From positions 1-26,105 of IMG/VR virus record IMGVR_UViG_3300042371_000459: a stretch of 26,105 nt of DNA; one strand, written 5' to 3'. This DNA is from a virus (Duplodnaviria; Caudoviricetes). Positions 1 to 5,746 of this stretch are shown piece by piece. The position numbers were made by a program, and so were the translations under genes. The notes beneath the pieces were generated by a model, which made no database searches, was not told the origin of the DNA, and was given only the letters and a program-made list of their open reading frames with translations. The first letter of the stretch is position 1, and each line of letters starts with the position of its first letter.

Positions 1-99
1 ATGAGTGTGATGAGTGCCAATAGCCCTAAGCGTAGCGTAGCAGTTACTAATAGGAAGTTCACTGAGTACGCTGTAGAGAACGGCTACTTGTTTAGTTGA
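1..99 (+). CDS. C-terminal end of a gene truncated by the window edge; possibly the AAA+ ATPase partner of the downstream VWA protein
   Basis: Open frame from base 1 to TGA at 97-99 (…AVTNRKFTEYAVENGYLFS*). The product is inferred only from the usual pairing of MoxR-like ATPases with VWA proteins. Confidence 0.45.
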   Translation: MSVMSANSPKRSVAVTNRKFTEYAVENGYLFS

Positions 100-109
100 G
101 GGGGATACA

Positions 110-1267
110 ATGACAGCACTAAGTGTAGAAGATAGAATAACAAAAGCCCATATTTCATTGATGCAAGATAAGCGTACCCTAGCGTACTCAGGGCTACTGA
201 TGGTGGGCAGTACAGAGGTAAGAGATGATTGTCCTACTGCGTCTACCAATGGTCGTGATGTTACTTACGGTAGGGCTTTCGTTGAGAGTCTTACTGATGG
301 GGAGCTAAGGTTTCTAGTATTGCATGAGACCAAGCACAAGCTGTATCAGCACCTATTCGTATGGCGTAAGTTGTATGAAGAAGATGCACAGTTAGCTAAC
401 CAAGCATGTGACTATGTGATTAACCTAGAAATCAAAGACCTTAACAAGTGGGGCGACTTCCTTGTGATGCCAGAGGGTGGGCTGTGTGATGAGGAGTATA
501 GAGGCTTAGATAGCGGCGAGGTGTTCGCTAGGTTGAAGGAGGACAAGGCGAGTGGTAAGGACGGTAAGGGTGAGCCGATGGATGGGCATGAGTGGGAGGA
601 AGCTAAGGCGTTAGGTGAGCTAGAGAAAGAGCAGTTAGCTAAGGACATATCAGCGGCAGTACGTACTGGTGCTCTACTAGCAGGTAAGCAGGGTGGTGAG
701 GTAGATCGTAGCTTTGATGCAATGATGCAGTCTAAGGTTGACTGGGCTGAGCAGTTACGTGAGTTCGTGTCTAGTGTCTGTGTTGGTAAGGGGGATAGCA
801 CATGGGCTAAGCCTAACAGAAGATGGTTGCAACATAACATGTACTTACCTAGTCAGATCAGTGAGAGCATCGGTAGTATATGTGTAGCTATAGATACGTC
901 AGGTAGTATATCAGGGGAGGATATAACAAAAGCATTGTCAGAGTTAGTTTCTATATGTGATAATACAACTCCCGAAAAGATTGATCTGTTGTACTGGGAT
1001 ACAGCAGTTGCCGCTCACGAGCAATATCGTGAAGATAATTATGCTGGACTTGTATCGTCTACTAAGCCTAAAGGTGGTGGTGGTTCAAGTAGTGTATGTG
1101 TGTTTGACTACGTAGTTAAGCACAAGCTAGAGCCTCAGTGCATCATCTTAATTACTGACGGCTATGTGGAGTACCCACAACTAACCCCATCGTGCCCTGT
1201 TATATGGGTGATGGTCAATAACAAACATACAGTACCTCCATTTGGTTCTGTGATAAGGGTGGACTAA
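110..1267 (+). CDS. DUF2201-type putative metallopeptidase with C-terminal VWA-like domain
   Basis: 385 aa. TASTNG motif, HExxH (LHETKH), N-x-A-x-D-x-x-I-N (NQACDYVIN), MIDAS DTSGS, GGGG loop and ITDG. Confidence 0.85.
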   Translation: MTALSVEDRITKAHISLMQDKRTLAYSGLLMVGSTEVRDDCPTASTNGRDVTYGRAFVESLTDGELRFLVLHETKHKLYQHLFVWRKLYEEDAQLANQACDYVINLEIKDLNKWGDFLVMPEGGLCDEEYRGLDSGEVFARLKEDKASGKDGKGEPMDGHEWEEAKALGELEKEQLAKDISAAVRTGALLAGKQGGEVDRSFDAMMQSKVDWAEQLREFVSSVCVGKGDSTWAKPNRRWLQHNMYLPSQISESIGSICVAIDTSGSISGEDITKALSELVSICDNTTPEKIDLLYWDTAVAAHEQYREDNYAGLVSSTKPKGGGGSSSVCVFDYVVKHKLEPQCIILITDGYVEYPQLTPSCPVIWVMVNNKHTVPPFGSVIRVD

Positions 1268-1482
1268 TGACAATAAGGGTAGACTTGAAGTCTAAGATAG
1301 CTACCTCTATGGATAACGTGGTGCAGAAGCAGGGGGATGTGGTTAAGTTTAGTGATGTGTCTGAGCTTGACCCTCCTGTACCAGAGAGGGTAGCGTTACT
1401 TAAACTATGTGCGATAGGTGATATTGTGCCTGATGTAGGTATGAAGTTAGATGAAGATGTGTACATAGTACAACAAATGTGA
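1267..1482 (+). CDS. hypothetical protein
   Basis: 71-aa ORF with TAATG stop/start overlap with the upstream gene. Confidence 0.7.
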   Translation: MTIRVDLKSKIATSMDNVVQKQGDVVKFSDVSELDPPVPERVALLKLCAIGDIVPDVGMKLDEDVYIVQQM

Positions 1483-1488
1483 GGGTAT

Positions 1489-1578
1489 ATGAAAGATATT
1501 ATGTGGTTTGTGTTAGGTGTAGTAGTGATAGTAGGGGTAATACTATCTGCACTGATAGATGCAATTAAAGGGGTGTGA
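1489..1578 (+). CDS. small single-TM membrane peptide (29 aa)
   Basis: Manual translation MKDIMWFVLGVVVIVGVILSALIDAIGK-type hydrophobic peptide (MKDIMWFVLGVVVIVGVILSALIDAIKGV*). GAGG lies upstream and the ORF fills the gap. Confidence 0.6.
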   Translation: MKDIMWFVLGVVVIVGVILSALIDAIKGV

Positions 1579-1579
1579 T

Positions 1580-1613
1580 AAAAAAAGTGGGGTTACATAT
1601 GAACTGTAACCCC
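1580..1613 (-). terminator. stem-loop; terminator-like, with the U-tract on the minus strand
   Basis: GGGGTTACA (1589-1597), 7-nt loop, TGTAACCCC (1605-1613). An A7 run at 1580-1586 precedes it. Confidence 0.5.
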
Positions 1614-1649
1614 TTATGAGCGCAAAACAGCACAACGAGGAGTAACACA

Positions 1650-2300
1650 ATGAAAACAAAATATATCATGAGTGAGGAAGAGATAGCAAGAAAAAAAGAA
1701 CAACGCAATGCTAAGGCTAGAGAAGTAAGGAAGACTTTAACAGAGGAGAGAAAGGCACAGATGGCTATTGTCTCTAACAAATGGTATGCCGCTAACAAGG
1801 TTGAGGCTAATAGGATAAGTAAAATTTCGTATCGTGAGAACAGAAAGAAAATATCTGAGGCTCAGAAAGTAAGGCGAGCAGAAGCTAAAAAAGAATTAGC
1901 ACTAAGTAAACAAAAGTACGCTTTAACCCTACCCCCCTCGAAACCTGTACCCTACGCCAACGCACAAGCTTATGCGTTCAAAGATATAGCAAAACTTATT
2001 GGTGTGACTAGTACCCAACTGATTAGGGTTAGAGATACGTTGACATACAAGATGCCTCCTCACATGTATATACGCTTAGATGGTACTGTCATTTACGAGA
2101 AAAAGGTTATTGATGAATGGGTGCCGTATGTAAAAGAACTCTTAGCGTTTTATAATATAGATGCACGAGGCAAGAAGAGGAAGAAAGGTTTTACAATAAC
2201 AGGCAATGCTCTCATGACAATTCTTTTAAGGCGGAAGAACAAGAAAGTAACAGCCCATTGTGATAAAGAACGTAGAGGTATAGGTAAAGTATATGGTTAG
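1650..2300 (+). CDS. basic hypothetical protein, possible DNA-binding (helical N-terminus plus HTH-like segment)
   Basis: 216 aa, GAGGAG SD, Lys/Arg-rich, with HTH-like FKDIAKLIGVTSTQLIRVR. Confidence 0.7.
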   Translation: MKTKYIMSEEEIARKKEQRNAKAREVRKTLTEERKAQMAIVSNKWYAANKVEANRISKISYRENRKKISEAQKVRRAEAKKELALSKQKYALTLPPSKPVPYANAQAYAFKDIAKLIGVTSTQLIRVRDTLTYKMPPHMYIRLDGTVIYEKKVIDEWVPYVKELLAFYNIDARGKKRKKGFTITGNALMTILLRRKNKKVTAHCDKERRGIGKVYG

Positions 2301-2547
2301 GGACTTAGACTTTGCACTAATGATAAAAGTGCTGTATGCAAAAGGGTGTGGCTTGTCAGAGATTGCTAGGCAGACTGACACAGCTATAGGTACGCTAAGT
2401 AGTGTGAAACAAGAGACAAAGAACCCCCCAGCAGGGTGGTTAGAGGGTGTAGCTCTATTAGACTACTGGCTTAAGATAACAGGTGAGAACCCACCACGTG
2501 TGGGGGATCATTACGAGATAGATGGGGAGCAGGTAGATGAGAACTAA
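2293..2547 (+). CDS. small HTH (Cro-like) DNA-binding protein
   Basis: 84 aa with HTH pattern GLSEIARQTDTAIGTLSSVK. Overlaps both neighbours. Confidence 0.65.
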   Translation: MVRDLDFALMIKVLYAKGCGLSEIARQTDTAIGTLSSVKQETKNPPAGWLEGVALLDYWLKITGENPPRVGDHYEIDGEQVDEN

Positions 2548-2833
2548 AGAGGGTGAAGTAAAGGCTATGGTTAAGAAGATACTGGAAGATGCAGGTGTAT
2601 GGTACTTCTTTCCAGCGGCTAATGGGTATGGCAGATCAGCAATACCAGATATAATATGCTGTGTTCGTGGCGAGTTCTTAGCCATTGAATGTAAGGCGGC
2701 TAACCTACAACCTACAGCTCTACAAGAACGTGAGCTGACTAGGATTAAAGCAAGCGGTGGGGTAGGTGTGTGCATCAATGCAGAGAACGTAGATAAGTTA
2801 ACAAACTTTATATCAGGTATGGGGTACAAGTAA
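2537..2833 (+). CDS. VRR-NUC domain nuclease (putative junction resolvase)
   Basis: 98 aa. EGEVK…IPDII…FLAIECKA…PTALQ is the PD-(D/E)XK VRR-NUC signature. Confidence 0.88.
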   Translation: MRTKEGEVKAMVKKILEDAGVWYFFPAANGYGRSAIPDIICCVRGEFLAIECKAANLQPTALQERELTRIKASGGVGVCINAENVDKLTNFISGMGYK

Positions 2834-2943
2834 TGAAGGTGTTCGAGCTGATATTAATTTGGTTCTTTGTACTGGTGATGGTAACGGTGAACATTCTATT
2901 GTTCCCTATCTATGCGGTGGTGACTTTAAGTAGGAGAAGGTGA
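2833..2943 (+). CDS. small membrane peptide (36 aa)
   Basis: MKVFELILIWFFVLVMVTVNILLFPIYAVVTLSRRR*. TAATG and TGATG overlaps at the two ends. Confidence 0.65.
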   Translation: MKVFELILIWFFVLVMVTVNILLFPIYAVVTLSRRR

Positions 2944-3098
2944 TGAGGGTTATAAATCCGAGGTGCCGTATAGCATGGTTCTTAGAAGCCAAGAGAGACG
3001 GTAAGTTTAAAGATGATTCTAAATATACATTTGAGGTTATACCACCTATACGTAGGTGTACTAAGGCAATACATAGCATGTACTGGAGAGCGAAATGA
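2943..3098 (+). CDS. hypothetical protein (51 aa)
   Basis: MRVINPRCRIAWFLEAKRDGK…MYWRAK*. AGGAG SD upstream and stop/start overlaps at both ends. Confidence 0.6.
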   Translation: MRVINPRCRIAWFLEAKRDGKFKDDSKYTFEVIPPIRRCTKAIHSMYWRAK

Positions 3099-3298
3099 AA
3101 CTACATCAAATGAGCAGACCTTTAAACAATGACACATCTAGGTGTGTAGGATCGATGTGCGATAAGAAGAACGTATGCCAACGGTATTTAACTATTGAGA
3201 TAGATGGTACTGACCCATACAAATGGTTTATGGATGCAAGTATTGAACTGAATGGTGATGATACTAACTGTGATTTCTTTATAGAGTGGGGTGTGTGA
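3095..3298 (+). CDS. small Cys-rich (putative Zn-binding) phage protein
   Basis: 67 aa with C-x4-C-x5-C-x-R-Y and a C-terminal C-x-F-F. GGAG SD. Confidence 0.7.
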   Translation: MKLHQMSRPLNNDTSRCVGSMCDKKNVCQRYLTIEIDGTDPYKWFMDASIELNGDDTNCDFFIEWGV

Positions 3299-3663
3299 TG
3301 AGTAAAGAAAGAGAGTTACTGAAAAAGATTTTAGCAACTAGATGGTTAGATTACGAGCTAAGTTGTGAAGCTGAAGAACTATTGGAACAACCTGAGCAAG
3401 AGCCTGTGGCTTGGATTGATGATGGGAGTCTAAAGAGCTTGCAAGAGTCTACAGGATACGCATTAAGATTTTTAACAAACGATACTGAAAGCCTTAAAAA
3501 TACTGATGTTCCTTTGTACCTAGCACCGCCAACTCGTAATCCTTTAACACCACAGCAAATAAGCGTGGGTAATCAATCAATGTTTAATGTTACAAGAGAG
3601 GCTTTTGTAAAGGGTGTTAAGTGGGCTGAAAAAGCACACGGTATTGGAGTAGATGATGAGTGA
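3298..3663 (+). CDS. modular array protein 1 (MSKERELL…QPEQEPVAW…AHGIG family)
   Basis: Start refined to ATG 3298 (TGATG overlap). Shares anchor motifs with the next four genes. Confidence 0.8.
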   Translation: MSKERELLKKILATRWLDYELSCEAEELLEQPEQEPVAWIDDGSLKSLQESTGYALRFLTNDTESLKNTDVPLYLAPPTRNPLTPQQISVGNQSMFNVTREAFVKGVKWAEKAHGIGVDDE

Positions 3664-4114
3664 AGAAAGAGAGCTGTTGAAAAGGTGTTTAGATTTTATG
3701 ATTGATGTAGGTGCAAACCTTAACCCGTTATTTAAAGAAGCTAATGATGTACTACTCACCCAACCTGAGCAAGAGCCTGTGGCTTGGATGTATGAATGGG
3801 ATACAACGACTACAGGGCAACCTACCTGTAAGTATGTAAATATGGGAAAAGATAAGCCTAATGTTGAAGCTAATTTTTTAGCTAGAAATTTTATACCACT
3901 CTACACAGTTCCACAAAACCATGATTTACGAGAAGCTTTACGAGAAGGGTACAATCAAGGATTTAACGATGGTAAATATTTAAGTTCACCAAAACGTGAA
4001 CCTTTGAGTGATGAAGAAATGAGGGCTATCTGGAAGGAGGGAGTTAGAGGGGAAATACCTTTTGTTGAAATCGGAAGAGCAATAGAAAAAGCACACGGCA
4101 TTGGAGGTGAGTGA
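3656..4114 (+). CDS. modular array protein 2
   Basis: GGAG at 3646-3649 then ATG 3656. MSEERELL…QPEQEPVAWMYEW…PLYT…KREPLSDEE…AIEKAHGIGGE. Confidence 0.8.
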   Translation: MSEERELLKRCLDFMIDVGANLNPLFKEANDVLLTQPEQEPVAWMYEWDTTTTGQPTCKYVNMGKDKPNVEANFLARNFIPLYTVPQNHDLREALREGYNQGFNDGKYLSSPKREPLSDEEMRAIWKEGVRGEIPFVEIGRAIEKAHGIGGE

Positions 4115-4410
4115 TGAGTAAAGAAAGAGAGATACTTAGAAAAATTGTAGATTATATGTGGGAAGGCGAGCTTGTTGATGAAATAAAAGAACTCCTCGCC
4201 CAACCTGAGCAAGAGGCTGTTGAGGATAGGATTGCGCGATGGCATCGGCTGGGATATGAGCAAGGTAAAAAAGCTTCACAACGTGAGCCTTTGAGTGATG
4301 AGGAAATTGCTATTTTGTGGGGTGATAAACATTCTGGTAAAACTTTTATGGTTCGTAACTTTGCAAGAGCAATAGAAAAAGCACACGGTATTGGAGGTGA
4401 CGATGAGTAA
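4114..4410 (+). CDS. modular array protein 3
   Basis: GGAGGTGA SD and TGATG overlap. MSKEREIL…LLAQPEQE…REPLSDEE…AIEKAHGIGG. Lacks the PVAW-PLY module. Confidence 0.8.
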   Translation: MSKEREILRKIVDYMWEGELVDEIKELLAQPEQEAVEDRIARWHRLGYEQGKKASQREPLSDEEIAILWGDKHSGKTFMVRNFARAIEKAHGIGGDDE

Positions 4411-4792
4411 AGAAAGAGAGTTGTTGGAACGTGCATTACAATTAATTGATGATGCGTATGAGGGGAAGATAGTTCTATCATTATGCAATGAGATAAAAGA
4501 ACTCTTCGCCCAACCTGAGCAAGAGCAAGAGCCTGTGGCTTGGATGTACGAGTGGGAAGAAATTGGTGGCAAAGAATGGACATCTGTAAAGAACGGAAAA
4601 TATCCACCTATTGTAGAAGAAGAATATTGTATGAGAAATCTTCGACCACTCTACACCGCACCACCAACTCGTAATCCTTTAACACCACAGCAAATCAGCG
4701 TAGGTAATCAATCAATGTTAAATGTTACAAGAGAAGCTTTTGTAAAAGGTGTTAAATGGGCAGAGCAACAACACGGTATTGGAGGTGAGTGA
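4403..4792 (+). CDS. modular array protein 4
   Basis: GGAGGTGA SD, ATG 4403. MSKERELL…AQPEQEQEPVAWMYEW…PLYTAPPTRNPLTPQQ…HGIGGE. Confidence 0.8.
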   Translation: MSKERELLERALQLIDDAYEGKIVLSLCNEIKELFAQPEQEQEPVAWMYEWEEIGGKEWTSVKNGKYPPIVEEEYCMRNLRPLYTAPPTRNPLTPQQISVGNQSMLNVTREAFVKGVKWAEQQHGIGGE

Positions 4793-5325
4793 TGAGTAAA
4801 GAAAGAGAGTTATTAGTAAGAGCACGAGATGTATTGCGCGGACTAAAAGAAACCCATTATGACTTATATTGGGACATACAAGAACTCCTCGACAAACCTG
4901 AGCAAGAGGAAAGAGAGTTGTTAAGAAGAATATCAAGCCATAGTGAGTCTAGGATACCTGCCCATTTTATTTACGAACTAAAAGAACTCCTCGCCCAACC
5001 AGAGCATATCGTTGATGTTACCGATATGGTAGAGCCTGTGGCTTGGATGTATGAGTGGTACGAGAATGACCTTGAGTCAACACAAGCATATTGTGGGAGT
5101 GAAAAACCATTTAAAGGTGAGATAAAGCAACCATTTAACTTAAGACCTTTATATGCCGCACCACCAAAACGTGAGCCTTTGAGTGAGCAAGAGCCTTTTG
5201 CCTATGTAGCAGATAGCTCAGTTGGATTTGACGTTAGTCATTCTGTACAAGGTATGCCGTTACTATGGTTAGGTAAACTGGAGTACGGGGATAAACTTTA
5301 TAGAGTGAGGGCTAAAGATGAGTAA
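4792..5325 (+). CDS. modular array protein 5 (chimeric, with duplicated modules)
   Basis: GGAGGTGA SD and TGATG overlap. Contains two ERELL…ELL-x-x-PE modules and a second EQEP(F)A module. Confidence 0.8.
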   Translation: MSKERELLVRARDVLRGLKETHYDLYWDIQELLDKPEQEERELLRRISSHSESRIPAHFIYELKELLAQPEHIVDVTDMVEPVAWMYEWYENDLESTQAYCGSEKPFKGEIKQPFNLRPLYAAPPKREPLSEQEPFAYVADSSVGFDVSHSVQGMPLLWLGKLEYGDKLYRVRAKDE

Positions 5326-5470
5326 AGAGATGTGTAGTTATATAGAGATAATGGTTTTAGTATTGCTTAGCTGTATAACACTTATAGTTGTGATGGGTGT
5401 TGTAGGTCTTGTTTGTTATGTAGTTTCAAACTGGGAAGACTTATGTAATGAATTAAGGGAAAGGCGATGA
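5318..5470 (+). CDS. small membrane peptide (50 aa)
   Basis: MSKEMCSYIEIMVLVLLSCITLIVVMGVVGLVCYVVSNWEDLCNELRERR*. Starts with the array-type ATGAGTAAAGA. Confidence 0.65.
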   Translation: MSKEMCSYIEIMVLVLLSCITLIVVMGVVGLVCYVVSNWEDLCNELRERR

Positions 5471-5589
5471 TTAAAGAATGGCTCATGCTTATGGGTGGAA
5501 TATTTATGTTTAATATGGTTGTTTTGTTTTTTGGCGTTATTATGACAATAATAATTAATTACTTCCTTGGAAATGTAGGAGTATGTTAA
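5467..5589 (+). CDS. small membrane peptide (40 aa)
   Basis: MIKEWLMLMGGIFMFNMVVLFFGVIMTIIINYFLGNVGVC*. ATGA overlap with the upstream gene. Confidence 0.65.
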   Translation: MIKEWLMLMGGIFMFNMVVLFFGVIMTIIINYFLGNVGVC

Positions 5590-5720
5590 TGACACTTGCA
5601 CTAATAGTTTTAGCAGTAGAGATAGTAGCTCTTATATGGATGGTCCCTATTTTGATAAAGGTAAACAAAATAGATAGGGATTTGAAAGCTATGAACGAGA
5701 GACTGGGAGGTGAGGAATGA
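5589..5720 (+). CDS. small membrane peptide (43 aa)
   Basis: MTLALIVLAVEIVALIWMVPILIKVNKIDRDLKAMNERLGGEE*. AGGAG SD and TAATG overlap. Confidence 0.65.
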   Translation: MTLALIVLAVEIVALIWMVPILIKVNKIDRDLKAMNERLGGEE

Positions 5721-5746
5721 AAGAGTTATGTTTGAGGGGTAGATAA
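5717..5746 (+). other. 9-codon mini-ORF coupling the peptide genes to the DNA polymerase
   Basis: GGAGGTGAGGA precedes ATG 5717. Encodes MKELCLRGR*, and its TAA (5744-5746) overlaps the polymerase ATG. Confidence 0.45.

Larger units (their letters stand above)
3296..5195 (+). repeat. interspersed direct-repeat anchors of the five-gene array
   Basis: Junction anchor (aagagcaatagaaaaagc)acacggYattggaggtga…gatgagtaaagaaagagag at about 3628-3673, 4075-4131, 4365-4420 and 4771-4810, with its 3' half at 3297. Anchor (c)aacctgagcaagag(cctgtggcttggat) at about 3388, 3761, 4201, 4511, 4895 and 4996/5031. Anchor aacgtgaRcctttgagtga at about 3993, 4280 and 5168. A 127-bp duplicate lies at 3523-3649 and 4658-4784. 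Confidence 0.92.

Noticed and set aside
3523-4784. Diversity-generating retroelement TR/VR pair
   Set aside because: Both copies are coding, the differences are mostly synonymous third-position changes, some mismatches do not have A in a single template copy, and no reverse transcriptase is in the window.
3296-5195. CRISPR array or mini-array, suggested by repeats plus a nearby Cas4-like gene
   Set aside because: The repeats are of several types, irregularly spaced, protein-coding and in frame. The Cas4-like nuclease is a normal stand-alone phage replication/recombination gene and no other cas genes are present.
3298-5325. Shufflon or integron-type site-specific cassette system
   Set aside because: All repeats are direct and lie inside coding sequence. 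I saw no inverted recombination sites, attC-like hairpins or tyrosine/serine recombinase.
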